Source of the DNA: Myxococcota bacterium
GTDB taxonomy: Bacteria; Myxococcota_A; Bradymonadia; UBA7976; UBA1532
Assembly: GCA_036337435.1 (NCBI GenBank)
Contig: JAYZEG010000048.1
Coordinates: 1-36,716 of the forward strand
Reading direction: 5' to 3'
DNA length: 36,716 nucleotides
The position numbers were made by a program, and so were the translations under genes. Of the stretch, positions 27,659-36,716 are shown piece after piece. A model generated the notes under the pieces. It ran no database searches and had not been told where the DNA came from. It worked only from the letters and a program-made list of their open reading frames with translations. Each line of letters begins with the position of its first letter. Position 1 is the first letter of the stretch.

Positions 27659-29017
27659 TCAGTACCGGACCCAGAAAGGGGTGAGGTAGGCACCCGCACC
27701 GGTACTCAGCTTGTGCTGGTACCGACCTGTTTGATCCATAAGATAAATTTTAGCTGTCCCCGACCGAGTGCTGCTAAAGGCAATAAATCGGCCATCGGGC
27801 GACCAGGTTGGTTCCTCGTTATTGCCTTGATTTTGGGTCAAACGCTTAATTTCTTTGGTGCCCACATCAACGGTAAAGATATCAAAAATTGCCCGTTCAT
27901 CACGCGCAGTAAACGCAATTAAACCAGATTTGGGGTTCCAGTCCGGCGTCTGATTGTAGTCGCCCTGAAAAGTAAGACGTTCGACGCCACCACCATTGGC
28001 GTTCATCACGAAGATCTGGGGCGAACCATGTCGGTCACTCACAAAAGCGATACGCTGTCCATCGGGTGACCAAGCCGGACTCGTATCGATGGCCTCCGAC
28101 CTGGTAAGCCGCCGCTTAATCTTACCTGTATCCGGGTGAAGCAAGTAAATTTCTGGGTTTCCATCACGGCTTAAAGTAATCGCGACCGAACTGCCATCCG
28201 GACTCAAGACAGCCCCTGTATTCAACCCTGGATAGGCCGCGAAGGGGCTGGTACTGCCGGATCCGAGCCGGAACGCGTGCGGGCCACCCCGACGGAAGCT
28301 GGTGAAATAAAGTCGCCCAGCGCCCATACTCGGCAGCATGTTAATACCCCGTGTTCCTGTCAGCCCTGTCTCTTCGACACCATCAGCACTCATCATGTAG
28401 ATTTCTTTTGTCCGACGAGACCCTTTTACGAAAACGATCTGAGTTCCGAAGAACCCTCTGGTTTTTGTGTAATACCCGATCACCTCATTTGCGAATTCAT
28501 GGGCCATTGCCCTAAGCTTCTTGACCGACGCATCAATGCGGATAGGTCCATCAAAAGGTTTTGGTAAAACGACCTGCTCGCTGCCCTCTACACTGAACAA
28601 GCGAAAGTCAGCGATCACTTTCTTACCAACCTGTCGATAGCTAATCTTAATCAGGCCCTGTGCGCCGCTATTAAACCAATCTCTGTAGACGGGTTTCATA
28701 CCCTCCCGATCAGATTTGGCAAGGATTTGTGCGGGCTTCAAGATGTTGAAGAACGAGGAGATCGTAAGGTCTCGTTTAACGGTGCCCGATAAAGCCTCGG
28801 TCAAGCCGATGGTGTCCGGCTTGGAGTCCAGGTTAATCGCGCGGGGAATGGCCATTTGGATCAAGACCAAGCCCCCCTGTTCGACTTCAACATCCAGGCC
28901 TTCGGCGGATGTACCCGTAGAGGCTGTCTCATCGGACTGTGCCTGTACGATAGGGGCTGCCAAAAGACTCAGGGTCAGTCCGACCAAAACCAGCCATTTT
29001 CTGTCAGCTCTCATCAT
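27659..29017 (-). CDS. tolB: Tol-Pal beta-propeller protein TolB
   Basis: Signal peptide, TolB N-domain (DLTISSFF; AHEFANEV...T...GFF.T.I.FV) and PD40 repeats (SPAWSPDG, TPDWNP, EPTWSPDG). Confidence 0.92.
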   Translation of the reverse strand: MMRADRKWLVLVGLTLSLLAAPIVQAQSDETASTGTSAEGLDVEVEQGGLVLIQMAIPRAINLDSKPDTIGLTEALSGTVKRDLTISSFFNILKPAQILAKSDREGMKPVYRDWFNSGAQGLIKISYRQVGKKVIADFRLFSVEGSEQVVLPKPFDGPIRIDASVKKLRAMAHEFANEVIGYYTKTRGFFGTQIVFVKGSRRTKEIYMMSADGVEETGLTGTRGINMLPSMGAGRLYFTSFRRGGPHAFRLGSGSTSPFAAYPGLNTGAVLSPDGSSVAITLSRDGNPEIYLLHPDTGKIKRRLTRSEAIDTSPAWSPDGQRIAFVSDRHGSPQIFVMNANGGGVERLTFQGDYNQTPDWNPKSGLIAFTARDERAIFDIFTVDVGTKEIKRLTQNQGNNEEPTWSPDGRFIAFSSTRSGTAKIYLMDQTGRYQHKLSTGAGAYLTPFWVRY

Positions 29018-29839
29018 TCATTTACCTTTCATTCGAGCCCGAATACCGGACCGCAGCACGATCTTTTTGATTTTCTTATCTTTGGGTAGGGGCAGCTTTA
29101 GGTTTGTTCCGGGTCCGAATCGCCTGACTGCCGTCAAAGCGGCTTGGTCAAAAAAACGATTGCCGCTGCTCTTAATGATTCGAGGCTTCCCTTTGACTTT
29201 TCCTGCCTTGCTGATCTTAAAGGCGACCTTTGCACTCGCTTTCCGTCTGAATTCCTCAGGGATATTATTGGGTACTTGAAACTGGCTCTCCAATAGTCTG
29301 GAGATCCGAGTCATATACATGAGCTTATTTTTAAGTGTCTTGGGGTCTGTCGAACGACCATAGGCACTGCCCTCTTTGAATCCCGGCGCGTCTTCATCGT
29401 CTGCGCGAGGGTCATCCTCGATTCGCTGCATGGCCAGTGCCATCGCTTTTCGACGTCGCTTCCGGTCTTCCTTGCGCTTACGCTCTTCTAATTTCTTTTT
29501 CTCTCGCTCCTGCTTTCGTTTCTTTTCAGCGAGCTTTTGTTCGCGTTCTTGTTTCTGCTTTTCGAGTTCTTCTTGCTTCTTCCGCTTGAGGCCAATCTCC
29601 TCAGCAGCCGCTTCTAAAGGCAAGGGCGGCTGGGTGATCCTCGGAAGTAATTTTGGCTTTATGGGAACATCACTTTTGCGAGCGAGTTCAACAAAATCAA
29701 TGGCGACGAGTTCGGGAGGTTCAGGGGGCGGGGTCACCATGCCCATCAACAAAATGGACGCAAACATGACCCCGTTTACACCGCAGGCCAGAATGACTGA
29801 AATGGCGCGTGCACCTTGGTCTGACCGACTTTGGTTCAT
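29018..29839 (-). CDS. tolA: TolA / TonB-family energy transducer
   Basis: N-terminal TM, Lys/Glu-rich helix and TonB-C-like domain (SSGNRFFDQAALTAV); between tolR and tolB. Confidence 0.8.
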   Translation of the reverse strand: MNQSRSDQGARAISVILACGVNGVMFASILLMGMVTPPPEPPELVAIDFVELARKSDVPIKPKLLPRITQPPLPLEAAAEEIGLKRKKQEELEKQKQEREQKLAEKKRKQEREKKKLEERKRKEDRKRRRKAMALAMQRIEDDPRADDEDAPGFKEGSAYGRSTDPKTLKNKLMYMTRISRLLESQFQVPNNIPEEFRRKASAKVAFKISKAGKVKGKPRIIKSSGNRFFDQAALTAVRRFGPGTNLKLPLPKDKKIKKIVLRSGIRARMKGK

Positions 29840-30318
29840 TGATTCGAAACCGCTTCAGGGTTTGTGATCAGAAACAGCTTCTTTTTTCCGGAACGCTTAA
29901 TGCTCGCAAAAACTTTAACGGCGAAGGTATAGCCCAAACCATCTTCGGCGTAGACAAGAATTCGATCGGATTCTTGAAGGGGTTGGTTATTGGCGACCGC
30001 TGTCTCTAGCTGTTGTAGGCAGTTCACATACTGAGCCTCGGCATCGGACCCACAGTTCGCCAATTCCGTCTCGCCTTTGCCCATAGACAATGAAATTTTC
30101 TGGTCTTTTCTGACGACGACCAAGGTGTCCGATGGCTTCATCGGCGCGGGTGCCCGGGTCGTTGGAAGGTTGATCTCCACCTCTTTCTTTGTCATTTCTT
30201 CGACCATAATCGGCGTTGTTACCATGAACACGATCAAGAGAACCAACATGACATCGACAAGAGGTGTCACATTGATCTCACTTAACGCGGCTCGTTGATT
30301 TCCGGTCTGCATACCCAC
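29836..30318 (-). CDS. tolR: TolR/ExbD family protein
   Basis: SEINVTPLVDVMLVLLIVFMVTTP. Confidence 0.92.
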   Translation of the reverse strand: MGMQTGNQRAALSEINVTPLVDVMLVLLIVFMVTTPIMVEEMTKKEVEINLPTTRAPAPMKPSDTLVVVRKDQKISLSMGKGETELANCGSDAEAQYVNCLQQLETAVANNQPLQESDRILVYAEDGLGYTFAVKVFASIKRSGKKKLFLITNPEAVSNQ

Positions 30319-30343
30319 AGTTCGTCTACTCCAATCGAATCAT

Positions 30344-31063
30344 TCAGTTGAAGAAGTGTCGCCGAACGATATTGAGAAAATCGTTCCCGAAGTTTTCCAT
30401 CTCGGCCTGCAGTGTTCTGATTCGCCCAACCAACCAATTGTAGGCAACCACCGATGGGATGGCTGCAACGAGACCGATGGCGGTCGCAACCAATGCTTCC
30501 GCAATGCCTGGTGCAACGGTGAGCAGCGAAGCATCTCCCTTTTTGTAGATATTGAGGAAGGACACCATAATGCCCCATACGGTTCCAAAGAGTCCAATGA
30601 AGGGGGCCGCACTCGCGGTCGTAGCTAGAAACGACGTCAGTTTCTCGAGATGGATCGATTCAGCATTGATGGCTCTTCGCAAAGCACGTTCGATATTCTC
30701 CAGATCGCCCATTTGTTCATGCATTGTATCGCCGGATTTCCCACTCTTCAGCTTTGTGAGTTCGACGTAGCCTGCACGAAAGACCTGACTGGTTGGACTG
30801 TACTTCAGGTCGTCACTGGTTCTGTAGATCTCGTCAAGACGCTTTGAATCCCAGAATGTTTTCATAAACCGTTCAGACTCTTTTCTCGCCCGTCGTAGAT
30901 AGAGCCATTTGTAGATTATGATGTACCAAACGATTAGGGACATCGCGACCAAGATCAGCAGCACACCTTTAACGACCGGTGATGCCTTCAACAGAAGGTT
31001 TGAAATTGAAACGTCATCCGCGGGTGCGCTGACGGTCATCAGTTCGATAAGTGTTGTCTCCAT
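30344..31063 (-). CDS. tolQ: TolQ (MotA/TolQ/ExbB family)
   Basis: LATTASAAPFIGLFGTVWGIM.SF, VAPGIAEALVATAIGL.AAIP.V.AYN. Confidence 0.94.
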   Translation of the reverse strand: METTLIELMTVSAPADDVSISNLLLKASPVVKGVLLILVAMSLIVWYIIIYKWLYLRRARKESERFMKTFWDSKRLDEIYRTSDDLKYSPTSQVFRAGYVELTKLKSGKSGDTMHEQMGDLENIERALRRAINAESIHLEKLTSFLATTASAAPFIGLFGTVWGIMVSFLNIYKKGDASLLTVAPGIAEALVATAIGLVAAIPSVVAYNWLVGRIRTLQAEMENFGNDFLNIVRRHFFN

Positions 31064-31120
31064 TCTGGGCTTCCTGACGCGTTAGAAGGAACGATAATGA
31101 AAGGTAAGGTAATCCAAGGT

Positions 31121-31149
31121 AAGATAATTCTTACATTCGACAATGTCTA
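31121..31149 (-). promoter_or_regulatory. Candidate sigma70 promoter for tolQRAB-pal
   Basis: Minus strand TAGACA (31149-31144), 17 nt spacer, TATCTT (31126-31121). Confidence 0.45.
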
Positions 31150-31372
31150 CAGCAAACTCGCTGTTTGGCCGTTTGAGAAAGTAAGATTACGTAATTTTGC
31201 AGAACCTGACCCAAATTTTCTCTGCACATGTGCGTATCCATATGAATCGTCCCTTGGCCTCGGGTGTGAGTCGGCATACAGTAATGAAGATCGTAGTGAT
31301 TCTATTCCAGCCATCGTCCAGTTTATGAGCGGAGCCAGGCGGCTGCCATTTGAATCGAAGGGGGCTCCACAG

Positions 31373-32395
31373 TTGACATCTTCGCATGCCGAGTTATTCG
31401 CTGTCTGTCCGCCGGGTCTTGAAAGGTGGACGGCTGACGAAATCAAGGAAACTGGATTCAAGCGAGTTCAACTCGAAGTGGGCGGTGTGTCCTTCGTTGG
31501 TCACCCAATCAAGGCCAATCTCACACTTCGCTGTCCGACACGAATTCTACAACGAATTGGGCGTTTCCCGGCCCCCAGTTTTCAGGCATTGGAACGAGGA
31601 TTTAATAAACTTGAACTGAGTGAATTCGGTGGTCTGACTGCTCATGTGAGCTGCAGCAAAAGTAAATTGTATCATTCAGATGCCGTCAAAGAACGGGTGA
31701 ATCGCTGGGTGAATTCGGGTCAAACTGGACTGTACGTCCGTATCCATCGGGATCGCTGCACCGTGAGCGTCGATACCTCTGGAGACCGCTTGCATCGGCG
31801 CGGATGGAGAGTTGAAACAGGACCGGCCCCCCTGCGCGAGACACTGGCTTCAATTCTATTGAGAATTGCAGGGTGGAAACCGGGTATCGCCTTGGTCGAC
31901 CCAATGTGTGGCAGCGGTACCTTTCCAATTGAGGCGGCCCTCAGAGCAGCGGACATACCACCTGGGGAAGACCGTCGATTTGAATGCGAGACATGGTGTA
32001 AAAAGCCATCCGAGACCTGGGTTTCACGCCCCATACACACTCTGGTCGCCGGAGGTGATAGAAACCAAAACACAATTGAGATAGCTCGACGGAATGCCCA
32101 ACGTGCCGGCGTTGAGCCACGTCTAGAAACCATGGATGCCAGTCTGCTGAAAGCCCCAGCGAAAACGGGCTTGATCATCTGTAACCCGCCCTATGGTCGA
32201 CGAGCGAAAAATCCGAGAGCATACGAACAATTAGGACTGTTGCTCTCGACCGAGTTTCGGGCTTGGAAGGCCGGCGTGATCGTATCCTCACCCAGCGCAC
32301 AAAGCGCACTCAACCGACATCCAAGTCATGTGGTCCCAATCAGAAATGGCGGTCTCAAACTAAAATTTATCGTCATGGAACCGGAGGATAAATGA
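31373..32395 (+). CDS. RlmL-like THUMP-domain RNA methyltransferase
   Basis: LFAVCPPGLE, SKSKLYHSDAV.ERV, SVDTSG..LH.RGWR, APLRETLA, DPMCGSGT, NPPYG. Family similarity begins about 90 codons into the 31097 ORF. GAAGGGGG precedes TTG 31373 (alternative ATG 31325). Confidence 0.85.
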   Translation: MTSSHAELFAVCPPGLERWTADEIKETGFKRVQLEVGGVSFVGHPIKANLTLRCPTRILQRIGRFPAPSFQALERGFNKLELSEFGGLTAHVSCSKSKLYHSDAVKERVNRWVNSGQTGLYVRIHRDRCTVSVDTSGDRLHRRGWRVETGPAPLRETLASILLRIAGWKPGIALVDPMCGSGTFPIEAALRAADIPPGEDRRFECETWCKKPSETWVSRPIHTLVAGGDRNQNTIEIARRNAQRAGVEPRLETMDASLLKAPAKTGLIICNPPYGRRAKNPRAYEQLGLLLSTEFRAWKAGVIVSSPSAQSALNRHPSHVVPIRNGGLKLKFIVMEPEDK

Positions 32396-34374
32396 CTCTA
32401 GACCCGAGTCGAGCCAAAAACAGCAGGGCACTTGACCTCTATCGTACGCTGCTGCTGCCTCGTGTGATCGAGGAACGAATGCTCATTCTCCTACGCCAGG
32501 GTCGCTTATCAAAATGGTTCTCTGGAATTGGACAAGAGGCGGTTGCAGTGGGCGCAACATGGGCACTTGAAAGCGACGATTACATTCTCCCGCTTCATCG
32601 AAATCTTGGCGTATTCACGACCCGTGATGTGGCTTTAGACCGGCTATTCCAGCAATTGCTCGGTCGGCAGGGTGGGTTCACTGGCGGTCGAGATAGAAGC
32701 TTTCATTTTGGTCTATGGTCTCATTCCATCGTCGGCATGATCAGCCATCTGGGTGCCATGTGTCCCGTTGCATGCGGTCTTGCTTTGGCCGCTCAAATGA
32801 ATGGGAGTCAAAAAATCGCGCTGGTCTTCCTCGGCGACGGCGCCAGCAGTGAGGGCGATGTTCATGAAGCCATGAATTTGGCGGCAACGTGGAGACTGCC
32901 AGTCATTTTCGTTGTAGAGAATAATCAATACGCATTGTCTACCCCAACTCAGGAGCAATATGCTTGTTCGGGTTTACATCAGCGGGCGATTGGCTATGGG
33001 ATGCCAGGCTTCGTGGTCGATGGAAATTGCGTCCATACGGTGATTGAGGCGGTGTCATCGGCGGCAGCCCGGGCGCGGGCCGGCCAAGGTCCGACGATGC
33101 TCGAATGCATGACATTTCGAATGCGGGGTCATGAGGAGGCATCCGGGACAGCGTATGTCCCCGATGAGCTCAGAGCGCAATGGATGGAATTAGATCCAAT
33201 CGCTCGCCTTGAGCGAGCACTGATGGACGACGACGTCTTATTTCCGACGCTAAGAAATACGATTAGACAGAGCCTGGAGGAACAGGTGGACTCCGTCGTT
33301 CTAAAACAACTGGAGGCACCTGCCGCACACTCGTCGCCGCAGAACGAACTGACCGACGTCTATCGATACTCGCCCCCGCCAGCAACAGTACCCACGGTAT
33401 CCGGCCCGCAAACCCGGTATGTAGATGCCATTAGAGATGCGCTGATCAATCAAATGGAGCGAGATGATTCCACGATCCTCATGGGGCAAGATATTGCAGA
33501 ATATGGCGGCGTATTTAAAGTCACAGATGGGCTGAACAGACGCTTTGGTTCGAAGAGAGTCCGTAATACGCCTATCATTGAATCGGGTGCTGTCGGATGC
33601 GCTATGGGCCTTGCTCTCACCGGCGCAAAACCCATGGTGGAGATCCAGTTTGCCGACTTCATTTCATGCGCATTTAATCAAATCGTCCATAACCTTGCTC
33701 CCACCCATTATCGATGGGGTGCTCCAGTTCCAGTGGTCATCCGAGCCCCATTCGGGGGTGGTGTCGGCGCGGGTCCATTTCATTCGCAATGTGTTGAATC
33801 ATGGTTTGCATCAACACCGGGATTAAAAATTGTCGCACCGTCAAATGCCTACGATGCCAAAGGATTACTGCTGGCCGCCTTCAGCGATCCCAACCCCGTC
33901 TTGTTTCTCGAACATAAAAAGCTGTATCGAACCAACGTCACCCCTGTACCAGAGGGTGCTTATGAACTCGAAATCGGTCGAGGTCACGTCGTCCGTTCGG
34001 GCCTCGACATGACGGTTGTGTCTTACGGCTGGGCTGTACACTGGGCGGATGCCGCAGCAGATCGGTTCAGCCAACAGGGCTATGAAATCGAAGTCATCGA
34101 TCTCAGGACCATCAAGCCATGGGATGAAAACCTGGTGTTTGAATCAGTCAAGAAAACGGGCCGAGTCTTGGTCCTTCATGAAGCGCAAGTGTCTGGTGGA
34201 TTTGGCGGTGAGGTCGCAGCACGGATTTCAGACGTCTGCTTCGAGTGGCTCGATGCGCCCGTCCGTCGCCTTGGCAGTCTTGACACACCCGTCCCTTTTG
34301 CCCAAGCCTTAGAAACTCAATTTCTACCCATCAATAAACTGGATAAAGAAATCCATGCGCTGTTGATGTACTAA
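32392..34374 (+). CDS. Fused 2-oxoacid dehydrogenase E1 alpha/beta (branched-chain type)
   Basis: TPP motif GDGASSEGDVHEAMN...ENN, FRMRGHEEA, beta-subunit GQDIAEYGGVFKVT.GL, EIQFADF, GPFHSQ; ATGA overlap with the upstream gene. Confidence 0.93.
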   Translation: MTLDPSRAKNSRALDLYRTLLLPRVIEERMLILLRQGRLSKWFSGIGQEAVAVGATWALESDDYILPLHRNLGVFTTRDVALDRLFQQLLGRQGGFTGGRDRSFHFGLWSHSIVGMISHLGAMCPVACGLALAAQMNGSQKIALVFLGDGASSEGDVHEAMNLAATWRLPVIFVVENNQYALSTPTQEQYACSGLHQRAIGYGMPGFVVDGNCVHTVIEAVSSAAARARAGQGPTMLECMTFRMRGHEEASGTAYVPDELRAQWMELDPIARLERALMDDDVLFPTLRNTIRQSLEEQVDSVVLKQLEAPAAHSSPQNELTDVYRYSPPPATVPTVSGPQTRYVDAIRDALINQMERDDSTILMGQDIAEYGGVFKVTDGLNRRFGSKRVRNTPIIESGAVGCAMGLALTGAKPMVEIQFADFISCAFNQIVHNLAPTHYRWGAPVPVVIRAPFGGGVGAGPFHSQCVESWFASTPGLKIVAPSNAYDAKGLLLAAFSDPNPVLFLEHKKLYRTNVTPVPEGAYELEIGRGHVVRSGLDMTVVSYGWAVHWADAAADRFSQQGYEIEVIDLRTIKPWDENLVFESVKKTGRVLVLHEAQVSGGFGGEVAARISDVCFEWLDAPVRRLGSLDTPVPFAQALETQFLPINKLDKEIHALLMY

Positions 34375-34413
34375 TAGAGGCGAGGTGTTTTCTTAGAAAG
34401 TCTACTTGCGACG

Positions 34414-34788
34414 ATGAGCGAATTGACCGTGACCCAAATTGAACAACAAGCGAACGCCCTGCGGCGAATCGAGACGGAGCTTGATACGGTCCTGAGGCAA
34501 TCCAAAGAGGCGTCTCAGCCAGTGGTCCTCGACCAACAGTCTGTCGGACGGCTTTCACGCATCGACGCGATTCAGCAACAAAAAATGGTTGAGGCCAATC
34601 GCCGTAGACAGACCCTCAGGCTGCAGAAAGTACGTGCAGCCCTAGATGCGATAGACGCAGACGACTATGGATTTTGTCGACGATGCGACGAGCTGATCGG
34701 ATGGCGCCGATTGCAAGCACAACCGGAATGTACCGTCTGTCTTGAATGCCAATCCCAACTAGAAAATAGGGGACGGCAATCGCGATGA
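34414..34788 (+). CDS. TraR/DksA family C4 zinc-finger protein
   Basis: LDQQSVGRLSRIDAIQQQ coiled-coil tip; YGFCRRC.E.I...RL.AQP....CLECQ. Confidence 0.9.
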   Translation: MSELTVTQIEQQANALRRIETELDTVLRQSKEASQPVVLDQQSVGRLSRIDAIQQQKMVEANRRRQTLRLQKVRAALDAIDADDYGFCRRCDELIGWRRLQAQPECTVCLECQSQLENRGRQSR

Positions 34789-36014
34789 AACAGGTTCTGA
34801 TGCTCACAGCCGCATGGCCACCTGTTGCCCGTGTTGGTGTCCGCCGCCCGCTGCGTTTGGCAAGGCGCCTACCCCAGCTGGGTTGGCAGCCGATTGTAAT
34901 GACACCTGAGCCGGATTCAGTCTTTCGAAAAGCCCCAAACCTGGATGCATCGCTCTCGGTTCCGGATGTTGAAGTCCATCGAGTCTCGGCATTCGTGCCG
35001 AGCACAAAACTCGCTCGAGGTTTGGGCCATTTACCCAAGTTTGTTTCAAAGCCAGTCAATCGTATGATTGCTGAACTGCTCAAGCCCGATCAGTATCCCG
35101 CTTGGACTCGTGCAGCCAAACGAGCAGCGCGAGAGCTTGAAGACATACAATGCGTCTGGGTGACCGGGGGTCCTTTCGGCATGTTCTGCGTTGGCACTGC
35201 CGTCGCGAAGCAATTGAATGTACCTTTGATTCTTGATTATCGAGACCCATGGACTGTCGACTTAAAGCGGAAACGAATTCCAATTGGCCCGTCTCGTCGA
35301 GCCATCCGTAAATTGGAGGCGAAATTATTGGATGCCGCCGACGCGGTGTCCTATGTCAATACCAACATGCTCGCGCGAAATGTTGCCGCCTTTTCACCGG
35401 GTCCCGCTGCAAATTGGGTCGTCATACCAAATGGCTTCGACCCGACCGACGTATACGTCGACCAACCGGTTGTCAATCCAGTGCCAACCGTGGTCTATGC
35501 TGGGGCTTGCTACGGTTCGCGAAGTATGAAGCCGATTCTTGAAACGCTCCATGAATGCAAAAGCGATCTACCGCCCCTTAAACTAAAAATATTCGGTGAA
35601 CTCGATCCGGCTGCAAAACGCTTTCTAGACCGCCATCCCATGCCGGAACGGGTTGCGCATGGCAAAAGGATCCCCGCCAATGAACTGGCCCCAATCATGG
35701 CTGGTTCTGCCGCACTTTTACTCATCATTGGCACCGACCACAAAACCGCATTAAGTGCTAAAATTTTTGATTATCTTGAAATCGACCGACCCGTGCTTGG
35801 CTATGGTCCGATCGGCTCCGATGCGGCAGCGTTGATCAAGAACTGTGGTGTTGGGCAATGGTCATCTGACCCAGAGACACTCCGTGAGGCCTTGTTTCAA
35901 ATCGCCTTGGGCACGCTGCCCTATAGGCCCAAAAAGGACGCACTGCGCCGCTACTCAGCCGATATGATGGCTGAGCGAACGGCAGCATTATTGGATGAAG
36001 TGACCGGGCGCTAG
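34785..36014 (+). CDS. Glycosyltransferase, GT-B / family 4-like
   Basis: VLML...WPP....GV.R, LILDYRDPW, VIPNGFD, YAGACYG.R, AKIFDYL...RPVL. Confidence 0.85.
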   Translation: MKQVLMLTAAWPPVARVGVRRPLRLARRLPQLGWQPIVMTPEPDSVFRKAPNLDASLSVPDVEVHRVSAFVPSTKLARGLGHLPKFVSKPVNRMIAELLKPDQYPAWTRAAKRAARELEDIQCVWVTGGPFGMFCVGTAVAKQLNVPLILDYRDPWTVDLKRKRIPIGPSRRAIRKLEAKLLDAADAVSYVNTNMLARNVAAFSPGPAANWVVIPNGFDPTDVYVDQPVVNPVPTVVYAGACYGSRSMKPILETLHECKSDLPPLKLKIFGELDPAAKRFLDRHPMPERVAHGKRIPANELAPIMAGSAALLLIIGTDHKTALSAKIFDYLEIDRPVLGYGPIGSDAAALIKNCGVGQWSSDPETLREALFQIALGTLPYRPKKDALRRYSADMMAERTAALLDEVTGR

Positions 36015-36051
36015 TCCAGCCGGTTCCAAGACACAAATACAGAGTCAGCGA

Positions 36052-36716
36052 CTAGATGTCTTCACAATCCAATGGACAATTACAAAGATTCTCGCCTTCG
36101 GCACAGACACCGTCACCGCAGTTGATGCAATACTGTGTTAGCTCCGCACAGGGAAAACACATGTTGTCTGCCCCAAGGAGGGCACATTCAACAGGAAAAA
36201 GACCAGGACAACACTGTTGATCAAAATTCATGATCGGCTGGCCTTCGGCGATACATTCATTGGCCATTTCCATACAATCGTCCGGGCAGTTGCAGTGGTT
36301 TTCAAAATCGCTACAAACGCCATCGCCGCATTGCACGCAAGTATACGCATTGGCCTCTGCCATACACTCACCATCGGGACTAGGATACGATTCTTGAACT
36401 TCAACAAGACCGTCGCAACACGGAAGTGCGTCTGGTCCATTGCGGCCGAACTGGCCTTCGCCAAAACAGGGTTCCATACCACCACCCGCACCGCCTGCAC
36501 CGCCTTCGGCACCCGCGCCGCCTGCACCGCCCTCGGCACCCGCACCGCCTGCACCGCCTTCGGCACCCGCACCGCCTGCACCGCCTTCGGCACCCGCACC
36601 GCCTGCACCGCCTTCGGCACCCGCGCCGCCTGCACCGCCTTCGGCGCCCGCACCACCGGCACCGCCTTCGGCACCCGCACCGCCTGCACCGCCTTCGGCA
36701 CCCGCGCCGCCTGCAC
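36052..36716 (-). CDS. 5'-truncated Gly/Ala-rich repeat protein with two Cys-rich C-terminal modules (probably secreted or surface)
   Basis: The frame of the 36052..36477 ORF stays open to the window edge and reads (AEGGAGGAG)n before MEPC. Two modules end in CGDGVC...EN.CNCP.DC. Confidence 0.8.
   Translation of the reverse strand, partial: AGGAGAEGGAGGAGAEGGAGGAGAEGGAGGAGAEGGAGGAGAEGGAGGAGAEGGAGGAGAEGGAGGAGAEGGAGGAGGGMEPCFGEGQFGRNGPDALPCCDGLVEVQESYPSPDGECMAEANAYTCVQCGDGVCSDFENHCNCPDDCMEMANECIAEGQPIMNFDQQCCPGLFPVECALLGADNMCFPCAELTQYCINCGDGVCAEGENLCNCPLDCEDI
36484..36716. repeat. 27-bp coding tandem repeat, 8 full units plus a partial unit running off the window
   Basis: Unit ACCCGCACCGCCTGCACCGCCTTCGGC starts at 36484, 36511, 36538, 36565, 36592, 36619, 36646 and 36673, with a partial unit at 36700. 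Confidence 0.95.

Noticed and set aside
19711..30770. Many plus-strand ORFs antisense to rib, fab, plsX and tol genes
   Set aside because: They are antisense shadows of well-supported conserved genes.
31097..31372. N-terminal ~90 codons of the 432-aa ORF
   Set aside because: No family similarity; AT-rich and contains the candidate tolQ promoter. A better RBS and start lie at 31373.
36228..36716. 162-aa ORF with (VQAVRVPKA)n repeats
   Set aside because: It is an alternative frame of the tandem repeat. Unit variants are non-synonymous there but synonymous in the Gly/Ala frame, which continues into the Cys-rich domain.
36484..36716. CRISPR array
   Set aside because: The units are head-to-tail with no unique spacers, and no cas genes are present.

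Overview
A mostly core-genome window from a bacterium that looks like Myxococcota/Deltaproteobacteria (inferred from the fabF-rpiB-nrdR-rib-nusB order, a stand-alone M17-N-like gene, an AgmX/PglI-like domain and a Gly/Cys-rich surface protein). Left to right: the tail of an unknown gene; an RlmD/TrmA-like protein whose TRAM domain requires a non-canonical start (probably CTG at 129) and whose catalytic residues are lost; a PilT-type ATPase with a duplicated N-terminal domain; a heptaheme cytochrome c-TPR lipoprotein; and a MazG-like pyrophosphatase. Next is an isc operon (iscS-iscU-iscA-hscB-hscA-iscX, no fdx) headed not by IscR but by a MerR-family regulator with a SoxR-like LDGCxGCG...CxxC tail and a MerR-type dyad at its promoter, the best candidate for an undescribed system. 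Then come type-2 ileS; a ~14 kb minus-strand housekeeping run (tolQRAB-pal, pssA-like, yceD-rpmF-plsX-acpP-fabF-rpiB-nrdR-ribD-ribB(X)-ribH-nusB, an M17-N-like gene and a catalytically substituted signal peptidase); and a plus-strand block (RlmL-like MTase, fused E1 alpha/beta, DksA/TraR protein, GT4). The window ends inside a gene with 27-bp tandem repeats and two Cys-rich modules. No rRNA, tRNA, CRISPR array or mobile element was recognised. All calls rest on motif recognition by eye; no database search was run.
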